Part shown: one piece after another, positions 8,110 through 17,166 of the stretch | Position numbering within the stretch: the first letter of the stretch is position 1 | Layout of the letters: each line of letters opens with the position of its first letter | Source of the DNA: Bdellovibrionota bacterium | GTDB taxonomy: Bacteria; Bdellovibrionota; UBA1018; UBA923 | NCBI GenBank assembly: GCA_040754655.1 | Contig: JBFMCE010000043.1 | Location: 1-32,458, forward strand | Direction: 5' to 3' | DNA: 32,458 nt | Position numbers and translations under genes: made by a program | The notes under the pieces: generated by a model | Databases searched by the model: none | What the model was told of the DNA's origin: nothing | What the model saw: the letters and a program-made list of their open reading frames with translations, nothing else

Positions 8110-10791
8110 CTAAGCCCCAGGGGTCAGCGTCTTTTTCATTTTTTTGCCTGTACCTCCGGGGCCAGGAGCCGGCTGATCACCCCAATCCCAATCGAAGGGG
8201 TCTTTGGCATTCGGGTCTCGCACGGGAATGCCGATGTCATGTTTGTCGATGAACTTCTTGGCATCTTCTGGAATGTTTTCTGGAGTAGGTTGAAAAAGCT
8301 CTTCTTGAGTAAAGCTTTTCACGATTTTTCGAGCAGGAATGCGTTTCAGTGAAATAAACTCATATTCGGTTGAGAAATGAGATGCAAAATCCCAGCTCAC
8401 CCATTCTTTGGGGACTTCTGCGATATAAAGGCGATTCTTTGTTTTATCACGAGTGTATGCCAGAGCAACTTTTGAGTCGGGTTCTGCAGCAATCCGAGGA
8501 ACGAGCAAATAAGGGCTGCTCGTAAGTGAGCTGCCTTGCTTAATCCCGTTATGGCCGCTTGCGTGCAACATGAAGTCAACAAACGCCCTTTGATATTCTT
8601 CTGAAGTCCCACGATCACTGAAGGTTGATTTAAAGAAAGCGTCGACAGCAAGCCAGATTGTATTGTTGTACTCTTTATAAGTTGCGGTGATATCTTTGAC
8701 CAAGGCTTGAATAGAGGCTGGCAAGGTCGAAACCAGCTTTTCGTGGTCATTGATGCAGTCTTGGCAGTTCTTTAACCAAGCTTTGATCTCAGCCTCATTT
8801 TTAGGGTCTTGATGGTAGTTCTGCCACTCGCGAATCAGCCGTCGCAGTTTTCTTGACGCCGGCAAGCGGTCAAAGAGCTTGCGATAATCGCTTTGAGATC
8901 GAAATCCCAAGCGTAGTGGAAGACTCGTATCATTGCGCATGAGATAAATGACGTCGTCGTTGACCGCAAGAATCGCGTCGCCCCAGTCTTCGTAAGAAAG
9001 CTTTGAGTGTTTCAAGTATTCTTTCCACACTCGCGTTCCCGCGTGATTGTCGAGCGCTTCTTTGGCCTCAGGACTCAAAGAATTCATTTCAGTGAAAAAT
9101 GATTTTAGCAGCTCTCTTGCGGCTGCGTGCAGTTTTTTTCTGCTTTGCATGATCGTAGGAACCTGATCGACAGCAAAGTCTTTGGCATAGAGAAGGTATT
9201 CGTGAAATTTGAAATCGACTGCTTCATACTGCGCGATGACGTCTGCGGCGGATATCCGCTCTCCAGTTTTAGGAGGGCTATCATGGCCATTTGCAGTCAT
9301 CTCAAACCCGGTCTGCAGAAAACGGTTTCGCACCAAGACTGCTACAGGGTCTGTGTCGAAGATCCGAACAGCGTCTGCAAAAACCTTTTTCTGCCAGGAA
9401 TAGACATGGTAGTGCTCATTCTCGTTGGCTTCAGCAATCTCTTTATAGGGAACCACTTCAATATTATAGGGGTCGAGTTCCTTTCTTTCGATTTGTCTGA
9501 TCAACTTGAAGTGGTTTCGATACACCTCTTTATGGTGCTCAGTGAGTTTACGTTCCACTCCTTTTCGGACAGGACCATTTTCGAAATACAGGTTGTAGGT
9601 TTTATCTGCGACCGGATAAAGTTTTCCGCCGTGGTAGACATGCGGAATCCCTTTCGGCGAATAGAAAAAGCCATCACGCATGAACATGAAGTGGTGTTGG
9701 CCTAGCCAAAGCTCTGGCGTACCCCAGGTTTTACTCATCCCTTGGGGGATTTTTTCCTTACGTGGTCCATAACCCAGTTTCATGGTGGAAGACCAACCAT
9801 TGCTTCCGATCATAGGAGGCTTGACCGTTGAATTGAAGGGATCCCATGAATCTGGGTCATTCTTTTTCGTTGGCGGGATCTCTTTTGTGAGCTCAAGAAA
9901 GGTATTGATGCCCTCTCTAATAGCTTGAGCATATTCATGTGGTTCCATGTAAAGGTCATTCACATGTGTTTCTAAAATGGGCGGTGGCAGGTCGAACTCA
10001 GCCAAAATACGATCCATCAAGAGTCTAGAAGTTCTGCCGTTTCCGTCAATGTTAGGATGAATGGAAATGAAAGCTTGTTGAAACCTCGCGGCAAGTTCAA
10101 CAGGATCCATGGTTTCTTTATTTTGATTGTACCAATCGATGAGATCCTGAAGGCGTTGTTTGACGTTCTTGGCTCGGGTGTAAAGAATCACGCCTCTTCG
10201 TCGGTCAGGACGACTCAACGGCCAAGGAAGCTCGATGAAGCCATCAAGCCAGGGATTGTTTTTGATGGTCTGATATTGTTTTTCCGTCAAGGCAGCAAAA
10301 AGAGGGTCTTTGCCAATCGAATCTCGTATTTTCCACGCACCAGGTTTTGAAGGCAGAATCCCGTCAGGCAGAACACGAGAGATTTTTTGCAAAAAAGGAT
10401 AGCTTGATTGATTGGCAATCCGGTGTACTTCAGAGAAGAGTTCAACAGAAAGTTCAAGTTGCCGCTTAGGGATCGAGGCTAAGAAGTCGTCCGCGCGTTT
10501 CCAGTCAAGATAGGTTTTTACCCCATAAATTTCGGTGGGGTGCATCTTGCCTTTATTATCGTAGTCTTTTTTATTGATCAGACGGCGGAAGTGAAATTCT
10601 TTATCAATCCACACATGCCAACGCAGATGTTTCAGCTTTTTGCGATAAACTTTCTTTTGTTCAGAGGTGAGCAACAGATTAGTGCACTTTTCTTCTGAAG
10701 CACTTGCAAAGAGGGTGGTTCCCAAAAGGCAAATCAAAGCAAGACACGTTGAAAAGGCGCGACATCCCCTGCGGCTTCGGTTTTTAGGCAT
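8110..10791 (-). CDS. Secreted Fic-domain protein with putative C-terminal ADP-ribosyltransferase domain
   Basis: Signal peptide ending ASA; Fic motif HPNIDGNGRTSR (H245); YLMRND / LHASG / SLTSS / EYE..KRIP motifs in the C-terminal third; GGGAG RBS. Confidence 0.85.
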   Translation of the reverse strand: MPKNRSRRGCRAFSTCLALICLLGTTLFASASEEKCTNLLLTSEQKKVYRKKLKHLRWHVWIDKEFHFRRLINKKDYDNKGKMHPTEIYGVKTYLDWKRADDFLASIPKRQLELSVELFSEVHRIANQSSYPFLQKISRVLPDGILPSKPGAWKIRDSIGKDPLFAALTEKQYQTIKNNPWLDGFIELPWPLSRPDRRRGVILYTRAKNVKQRLQDLIDWYNQNKETMDPVELAARFQQAFISIHPNIDGNGRTSRLLMDRILAEFDLPPPILETHVNDLYMEPHEYAQAIREGINTFLELTKEIPPTKKNDPDSWDPFNSTVKPPMIGSNGWSSTMKLGYGPRKEKIPQGMSKTWGTPELWLGQHHFMFMRDGFFYSPKGIPHVYHGGKLYPVADKTYNLYFENGPVRKGVERKLTEHHKEVYRNHFKLIRQIERKELDPYNIEVVPYKEIAEANENEHYHVYSWQKKVFADAVRIFDTDPVAVLVRNRFLQTGFEMTANGHDSPPKTGERISAADVIAQYEAVDFKFHEYLLYAKDFAVDQVPTIMQSRKKLHAAARELLKSFFTEMNSLSPEAKEALDNHAGTRVWKEYLKHSKLSYEDWGDAILAVNDDVIYLMRNDTSLPLRLGFRSQSDYRKLFDRLPASRKLRRLIREWQNYHQDPKNEAEIKAWLKNCQDCINDHEKLVSTLPASIQALVKDITATYKEYNNTIWLAVDAFFKSTFSDRGTSEEYQRAFVDFMLHASGHNGIKQGSSLTSSPYLLVPRIAAEPDSKVALAYTRDKTKNRLYIAEVPKEWVSWDFASHFSTEYEFISLKRIPARKIVKSFTQEELFQPTPENIPEDAKKFIDKHDIGIPVRDPNAKDPFDWDWGDQPAPGPGGTGKKMKKTLTPGA

Positions 10792-10908
10792 CCTACACTC
10801 CCGTAATAAAAGACAAGCTTTTCCGCTTATTGGGCGCGCAACCTACTGACGAAGCAATGGTGTGTCAAATGCTCAAACTAGAAAATTATGGTATTCTGAC
10901 GGCTTACT

Positions 10909-11472
10909 ATGAGTAAAGCATTCACCAAAGAAAATGATTCTGAAGAACCCGATGAGCTTGAAGATGAGCCCGAAAAAGTCTTGCCGGCAGGAGGTAAAAA
11001 TTACATGACCCCGGCCGGCGCAAAAAGGCTCAAAGACGAGTTGGCAAAGCTTCTCAAGATCGACAGGCCTTCAGTAGTGCAAACAGTGTCGTGGGCAGCT
11101 TCAAATGGAGACCGTTCTGAGAACGGCGATTATATCTATGGCAAACGTAGGCTACGTGAAATTGACCGACGCATCCGTTTCTTGACCAAACGTCTCGATG
11201 CCGCAGAAATAGTTGATCCTTCTCAGCAAAAAAGTGTCGATCGGGTTTTGTTTGGTGCGACGGTTTCGCTCGAAGAGGAAGACGGTAGTAAACGCAGGTA
11301 CAGCATTGTTGGAATCGACGAGTCTGATCCTGCTAAGGGGAAGATCAGTTGGATCTCGCCACTTGCACGTGCCTTGCTGAACCTTCAAGTGGGAGATGTT
11401 GCGACATTAAAAACACCTGAAGGAGAGCGTGAGCTCGAGATCGTTGCAATCGAGTACCGTCCAATAGACTGA
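10909..11472 (+). CDS. greB: Transcription elongation factor GreB
   Basis: NYMTPAG, WAASNGDRSENGDYIYGKRRLREIDRRIRFL, ISWISPLARAL. Confidence 0.96.
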   Translation: MSKAFTKENDSEEPDELEDEPEKVLPAGGKNYMTPAGAKRLKDELAKLLKIDRPSVVQTVSWAASNGDRSENGDYIYGKRRLREIDRRIRFLTKRLDAAEIVDPSQQKSVDRVLFGATVSLEEEDGSKRRYSIVGIDESDPAKGKISWISPLARALLNLQVGDVATLKTPEGERELEIVAIEYRPID

Positions 11473-11624
11473 TTGTTTTTCTACAATATTCAATTGGCCG
11501 TTTTAGATTCCAAAAACTTTCACTTCTTTTCGAACAAGAAAACATTGTCAGATCGCGCAGCGCATAATAGTGCGTTGCTCGGTTTGCTGAACGTCTTAAA
11601 TTTTTTTCATAGAAGGGTGTGGGC

Positions 11625-13595
11625 ATGAGAACTGCTTTTAAGAGAATCTCATTTCTTTTTGTTTCAGTCTTGTTTTCGATTTCGACGGTTTTTGCCGGTC
11701 ACGTGGACTTTGGATCTTACTCGAATGGCCAATTGACCATTGTGGGGCAAGGTTTCGATAAAACCGGTGCAAGAAGTTATCAGGTCAATATTTATGTGAA
11801 CGACAGATTTCTTGCGGACATCAATACCAATTCAAACGGAAGTTTTAGTTACACGACACCTCGGGGCTCAGTTGAGCCTGGCGATCGTGTTCGAGTGAGT
11901 GTGCTCAACTACAACGGTTCCGGGGCCCACAAGAACCACAATTACACGGTTCGTGGCGGCGGTGGACACAAGCCTGATCCTCATCCCGGGCTTCCCGATC
12001 CTCCAAGACGTGGATACTCGGAGCGCGAGATTCGTGAGTACGCCAATCAACAGGCGCGCACTGTGGCGAATCGGGTTGTGAAAACCTATGGAGCGCTTGA
12101 AAACTGGAAATACAACTTTGTAGATGGCTTCTGGCAAGGTTTTGAGGCTTATCAACTTGAGAGCCGCTACTCTGGAAGCGCAGAGTATCGCCGGGGAATT
12201 GATGAAGGTCAACGACAGGGTGAGACTTCAGGTTATCAGGCGGGTCAATCAGCGGCAGAAAACCAAGCCGCGGTGGCCCATCAAGAAGCTGTCGCTCGAT
12301 TTCGAGCGGTTCTTGATCGAGACGGTGTAACCCCAGATACCGCAAGGGTTGATGTGCCTCAAATCATGTTTTCGGGCCTTCAAGCTCCGGCGCAGAACGC
12401 CGGTTCAGTTGAATCTATCTTGGACCAACTCAATGAAGACCTGCAGCGAGAGCTTCGTCGCTTGAGCTGGTCGTACGATGCTTTTGTGTTGACCTACGAT
12501 CTCTGGGAAGGTCAATGGACGCTTCGTAATGTTTATGGTTACGGCGGAAGCGGGAAGTATGCTTTCGTTGACGGAATGTTTCGTGGCGAAAGAGCTTTTT
12601 CCGAATGGAAGAGCAACCGTCTTGGTGGTCGATACGACTATAATATCTACCAGAAGATGGACTACTCTGAGCAATCATCGTTTCAACGCTACTTTATCGA
12701 CATCTATGAAGACGTGATTCGAGAGAAGTATTACGGCTCAGATGAGCCGCGTCGACGAAATCATGACGCTTATGCAAGGGGGCTTTTTTACGGCGAACGT
12801 GCCGGTCGAGAGAGAGCCCTCTATGCAGGGCGCATCGCAGGGTATGCTTCGTCGTATACACCCGCTTCGGTATCAGGTTTCAACCGAACGTTTGAAGCCG
12901 CGTATGTGAGAAACTTCCATCAAACGGTAGACCGCTTTAATTCTTCGGCGGTGATCGAGGTGCAAGATGCGCGTCTCGTCGATGAGAATAAGAACGGGGT
13001 CTATGAACCTGGCGAGCGCATTGGTTTGCAGATCAATAGAATGGCGAATTTAGGGCGTCAGGCAGCGCACAACTTGCCGGTAGCTCTTGAAAGCAAGGAA
13101 CTCTTGAGAGGGGCCGTGGGAACGGTGGCGCTCGAAGCCTCTTCGACGCTACGTTCGCCTGTGTTGGTGCAGGGGCTTGCTCAGTTGAGCGCAGACGTTG
13201 AAGCGGATTCGATTCTTTCGGTAACGGCCAGAGTCGGTTCTGCAAGCCTTGCGCTTTCGTTGAAGACCGTGAGCTGGCAGCAGGTCATGGAGACTCTGAC
13301 GCAGTCAGGCTCTCATTCTGGGTTCGATAGCCTGTCGCAGTATGTGCTGACAAACTTGAGGGCAGAGTGGCTGGATTGCTTGCAAGCTGGCAAAAATTGG
13401 TATTCCAAAGGGAAACCTGATGGCACCCGCACGAGGCTTGAGCAGCTTGTTGAGCACTCAAAGCGCTTGTCTGCAAACCAACGACAGAATATCCGCGCGC
13501 TCTATCCTCAGATTCTTCGAATCCGGGAAGAGGGCGGGGGAGTTCATCCGTTCTTGAGAAGATCGTATAAGAAACTGGCAGAACAATTGAAGTAA
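11625..13595 (+). CDS. Large secreted multidomain hypothetical protein
   Basis: Signal peptide (VFA), beta-rich N-domain, Gly/Pro linker, GxxxG repeat helices, DENKNGVYEPGE motif; followed by a terminator. Confidence 0.85.
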   Translation: MRTAFKRISFLFVSVLFSISTVFAGHVDFGSYSNGQLTIVGQGFDKTGARSYQVNIYVNDRFLADINTNSNGSFSYTTPRGSVEPGDRVRVSVLNYNGSGAHKNHNYTVRGGGGHKPDPHPGLPDPPRRGYSEREIREYANQQARTVANRVVKTYGALENWKYNFVDGFWQGFEAYQLESRYSGSAEYRRGIDEGQRQGETSGYQAGQSAAENQAAVAHQEAVARFRAVLDRDGVTPDTARVDVPQIMFSGLQAPAQNAGSVESILDQLNEDLQRELRRLSWSYDAFVLTYDLWEGQWTLRNVYGYGGSGKYAFVDGMFRGERAFSEWKSNRLGGRYDYNIYQKMDYSEQSSFQRYFIDIYEDVIREKYYGSDEPRRRNHDAYARGLFYGERAGRERALYAGRIAGYASSYTPASVSGFNRTFEAAYVRNFHQTVDRFNSSAVIEVQDARLVDENKNGVYEPGERIGLQINRMANLGRQAAHNLPVALESKELLRGAVGTVALEASSTLRSPVLVQGLAQLSADVEADSILSVTARVGSASLALSLKTVSWQQVMETLTQSGSHSGFDSLSQYVLTNLRAEWLDCLQAGKNWYSKGKPDGTRTRLEQLVEHSKRLSANQRQNIRALYPQILRIREEGGGVHPFLRRSYKKLAEQLK

Positions 13596-13628
13596 CGCCA
13601 GTTCAAGTAAGACCTATCCTCTCTACTG

Positions 13629-13672
13629 AAAGGGGCGCTTTGCAGACTCGTGCAGAGCGCCCCTTTTTATTT
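13629..13672 (+). terminator. Rho-independent terminator
   Basis: AAAGGGGCGCTTTGCA-gactcg-TGCAGAGCGCCCCTTTTT. Confidence 0.85.
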
Positions 13673-13773
13673 TGCCCAAGTGGAACTCTTTCCTTAGAGT
13701 GCGTATTTTACAAAGCATTCTTAAGTTTAAGTGCAACGAAATGTCGTTTTTAAATCTTTTCAAGGGGATGGGG

Positions 13774-15003
13774 ATGTTGGGACGAAAAGGGTTCTTGAGT
13801 TTTGGTTTAGTTCTATTTTGTATTGCTCTGCCGGCTCAGGCGGCGAAGCGTGATGCATTTCGGATTATCGAAGCTTCGCAGCCCGTAGCGAGAATGCTTT
13901 TAAACGACTTTTCTTCGCAAGTTCGACTTCTTTCGAAGAATTTCGATGAGAACTCAAAATACGCAGCCATTTTGGTGCCCAAACGGCTTCTGAAAAAAAT
14001 CTCGCACTGCGCCCATGAAGTAACAGGGCATTGCGGGGGATTCATCGATGTCACTTATGAATCAAAAGCAACGCCTAAGACAAGGGCGCGATTGCTCCGT
14101 GTAGCGAAAGGCCTTCCTTCGATCGGGTCCGCTAAGCCAGAAATTGTGCAGGCCTTGAAGACGGTGCGTGCTCAAAATATTGAAGACTTCGTGAAAACCT
14201 TGAATGCGAACTTCAAGACGAGAAACGCCGAGACTCAAGAAGGCGTTCTCGCAGCTCAGTGGATTCGCGATACTTGGGCGGGCATGGCTAAAGTGGCTAA
14301 AAAGAAATTTGATATGGAAGGCATCGAAGTTGAGCTCGTCCCGCCTCCGCGAGGTTTTAAGCAACCTAGTGTTCGAATCATCATCCCAGGAAGTGAGCCG
14401 AGCCTGCCAGTAGTCGTTTTAGGTGGACACCTTGACAGCATCAGCCGAAGAGAAACGGCTCCCGGTGCTGATGACGATGCCTCTGGAATTTCTACGCTGA
14501 CCGAGGCCTTTCGAGTCATGATCACGCAAAAGATCAAGCCCAAGGCTGCGATACACATCTTTGGGTACGCAGCTGAAGAGTATGGTTTGCACGGCAGTCG
14601 TGCGATTGCCGAACACTACCGCCAAAAAGCGATCTCCATGAAAGGCGTGATGCAGCTCGATATGGTCGCCTATCCTGGCAAGTCGAAGACGGTCACCTTC
14701 ATCACCGATTATGTTGATCAGAATCTGACTCTTTGGACGCAACAGGTTTTCGGTTTGTACGTGGGGGGTGATATTCGCGTCGCAAGATGTGGCTACGCCT
14801 GCAGCGATCATGCTTCATGGCACCGGTATGGGTTTTCCACGGTGATGCCCGCAGAGTCGCCCCTGAGCCAAATGAATCCTAGGCTGCACACCCCAGAAGA
14901 TCTTTGGGACGAACAACTTGATGCAGAGTTTGCAGCACAATTTGCAAAACTTGCGTATGCGTTTGCTGCAGAGCTTTCGGAAGCGCAACACGGCGCGCAC
15001 TAA
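13774..15003 (+). CDS. Secreted M28 leucyl aminopeptidase (Vibrio/Aeromonas LAP-like)
   Basis: Signal peptide (AQA); propeptide with HCGGFID; GGHLDS, GADDDASG, YAAEEYGL, LDM, CGYACSDHASW, LHTPED. Start may be 13768. Confidence 0.93.
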   Translation: MLGRKGFLSFGLVLFCIALPAQAAKRDAFRIIEASQPVARMLLNDFSSQVRLLSKNFDENSKYAAILVPKRLLKKISHCAHEVTGHCGGFIDVTYESKATPKTRARLLRVAKGLPSIGSAKPEIVQALKTVRAQNIEDFVKTLNANFKTRNAETQEGVLAAQWIRDTWAGMAKVAKKKFDMEGIEVELVPPPRGFKQPSVRIIIPGSEPSLPVVVLGGHLDSISRRETAPGADDDASGISTLTEAFRVMITQKIKPKAAIHIFGYAAEEYGLHGSRAIAEHYRQKAISMKGVMQLDMVAYPGKSKTVTFITDYVDQNLTLWTQQVFGLYVGGDIRVARCGYACSDHASWHRYGFSTVMPAESPLSQMNPRLHTPEDLWDEQLDAEFAAQFAKLAYAFAAELSEAQHGAH

Positions 15004-15088
15004 AATCTTTGAAATAGATCCTAGACAACTTCATGAAAGTTCGTTCAGAGTGAAGTGTTGTTTCACGAACAATTAAAAGGGGGGTCCA

Positions 15089-16501
15089 TTGAAAACACTT
15101 TATCTGCTATGGTGTTTCTTGTTTTTGAGTTTTACCGTAGTGCCCAATATCTCAAATGCTGCGAATGACGGTTCATCGAAAATTGATCCGGCCTTGCAAA
15201 GATATTTGTCCAAACTTGACGACGATTCGAAACCCGTGACGGTGATCGTGACGTTCAAAGGACAAGTGAGAGTAAACCGTTCCCAGGCCCGAAGATCAAA
15301 TCATGCGTCGATTCAAAAGGCGATGATAGAACTAAACCGCAAGCAGAGCCAAAAGCTAAGGAAGTTCTTGAACCAACAAATAGACGGCGATACCCAACTT
15401 TCAGGCTTCAATGTTTGGCTGATCAACGGACTGGTGATTCGTTTGCCGGCGTCACTGATTGAATCCTTGGCCCAGTTTGAAGAAGTGTCTCGCGTGAGCT
15501 TCAATCAAAAAATCAAGCTCATCAAGCCACGGGTTCATGGGTTGGTTTCTCGCCGTGCTTTGGAAGCCGGTGATTATACTTACGGGCTTAAGCTTCTTCA
15601 AATACCAGGGCTTCGTGAAATGGCGTCAAAAGTCACGGGTAAGGGCGTTCGCGTAGGTATTCTTGATACGGGTATCGAAGGATCTCATCCAGACTTGAAA
15701 GACAAGGTGGTTGCGTGGGGTGACTTCACTCGTGAAGGCTCAAAGACTCCTGTCGACGGGCATGGACATGGCACTCACGTCGCAGGCACGATCGCTGGCG
15801 GCAACGCTTCCGGAACGCACATCGGCGTTGCACCTGAAGCAAGCCTTGTTGTCGGACGAATCTTTGATTCAGGAGGCAGCACGACATTAGATGCTATTTT
15901 GAAAGCAATGCAGTGGATGGCAGACCCTGATGGAGATGCTTCGACTAAAGACTTTCCTGTACTTGTAAGCAATTCCTGGGGTGGAGGCTTTTCGAGCTCT
16001 TCCGTAGATCCGCTGGAAAATCCGATGTGCAAGGCAACTCAAGGTTGGAGCAAGCTAGGCATCCTTCCAGTGTTTGCTGCTGGAAACTCAGGCTCACGTC
16101 CAGGAACGGTCAATTTGCCTGCCGCATGTCCTGATGCTTTTGCAGTGGGTGCAACAGATGAAAACGATCAGATCGCCTCTTTCAGCTCTCGCGGACCTGC
16201 AAAGTGGAAGACGGGCACATTGATCAAGCCTTTGGTGTCGGCGCCAGGCGTAAAGGTAGTCTCGTCAGTTCCGGGCGGGAAGTACGCCGCGTTTTCTGGC
16301 ACTTCGATGGCGACTCCTCATGTCGCTGGTATGGCGGCGCTGATGTATCAGATTGCTCCTAACACAGACATCACTGCGATGGGCAGGTTGTGCAGTTCGA
16401 CCAGCAAAGACCTTGGTGATGCGGGTAATGACAACGACTATGGTTGGGGAAGAATTGACGCTCTCAAGGCTGCAAAAGAGCTCATTAAAGCGATGGATTA
16501 A
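15089..16501 (+). CDS. Secreted subtilisin-like S8 serine protease with propeptide
   Basis: TTG start after AAGGGGGG; signal peptide; LDTG, HGTHVAG, AAGNSG, SGTSMATPHVAG. Confidence 0.96.
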   Translation: MKTLYLLWCFLFLSFTVVPNISNAANDGSSKIDPALQRYLSKLDDDSKPVTVIVTFKGQVRVNRSQARRSNHASIQKAMIELNRKQSQKLRKFLNQQIDGDTQLSGFNVWLINGLVIRLPASLIESLAQFEEVSRVSFNQKIKLIKPRVHGLVSRRALEAGDYTYGLKLLQIPGLREMASKVTGKGVRVGILDTGIEGSHPDLKDKVVAWGDFTREGSKTPVDGHGHGTHVAGTIAGGNASGTHIGVAPEASLVVGRIFDSGGSTTLDAILKAMQWMADPDGDASTKDFPVLVSNSWGGGFSSSSVDPLENPMCKATQGWSKLGILPVFAAGNSGSRPGTVNLPAACPDAFAVGATDENDQIASFSSRGPAKWKTGTLIKPLVSAPGVKVVSSVPGGKYAAFSGTSMATPHVAGMAALMYQIAPNTDITAMGRLCSSTSKDLGDAGNDNDYGWGRIDALKAAKELIKAMD

Positions 16502-16587
16502 CCAGAGTTTTGACTCACGGAGGAGTCTCTTCTTAAGTCTCGCGACGGGTTTAGTTTTGCGAGGCACTCTTAGTATTTCAACGCTCT

Positions 16588-17166
16588 TTAAGACTTATTT
16601 TTTGAGATCAAGCCTTCACAAGGGTTCGGTATTGGTTTTATCGGATCAAATCTCTTCGCCAAAAGCTTTCGATAGAGCATATCAGGTGAGATTCCAAACC
16701 CTTCGGGAATCGCGGCGCCCAACCTTGCAAAATAATCTTTCCAAAGCCCAGGGTCAAAATACATAGGCACAGGTTTAAGGTTCAAGAGTTTTGCCACGAG
16801 CTTTGAGCAATAGAATGAAGTTTCCTGGCCCCATTCGAAATAGGGATCGTAGGCTTTTCCGAGCAAGGGCTCGACCTGTTTCTCATTGAGCTCTGGAAGG
16901 TCTGGGTGCTCGAGCACCTCGCTGATTCGCAGGTGAAAATCGGAGAAGCTTTTTGAGAGCTGAACACCGCCGTAGGGGTGAGCATGAAGCCACTGCTCTT
17001 TATAGCGAATAGCAACATGGTAAAAACCAGGGCCAAAGGGCTCGAGGCGAACAGGCTGGCCTTCAGAATCGAACTTTTGAAGAAAAGCCACTTGTATGGC
17101 GCCCCATGACGTAATCGGCGTGACCAGAGATGAAATCAGCAAGAAAATTTTCGTCAAGAAAATCAC
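16588..17166 (-). CDS. Secreted permuted papain-like (YiiX/YebB, NlpC/P60-related) enzyme
   Basis: Signal peptide; His before Cys: YHVAI..LHA..GV..GKAYDPYF..FYCSKLV..ISPDML. Confidence 0.8.
   Translation of the reverse strand: MIFLTKIFLLISSLVTPITSWGAIQVAFLQKFDSEGQPVRLEPFGPGFYHVAIRYKEQWLHAHPYGGVQLSKSFSDFHLRISEVLEHPDLPELNEKQVEPLLGKAYDPYFEWGQETSFYCSKLVAKLLNLKPVPMYFDPGLWKDYFARLGAAIPEGFGISPDMLYRKLLAKRFDPIKPIPNPCEGLISKNKS

Noticed and set aside
9127..9705. 192-aa plus-strand ORF inside the Fic gene as a possible antitoxin
   Set aside because: Fully antisense to a long real CDS, no recognisable motif or RBS; a typical shadow ORF.
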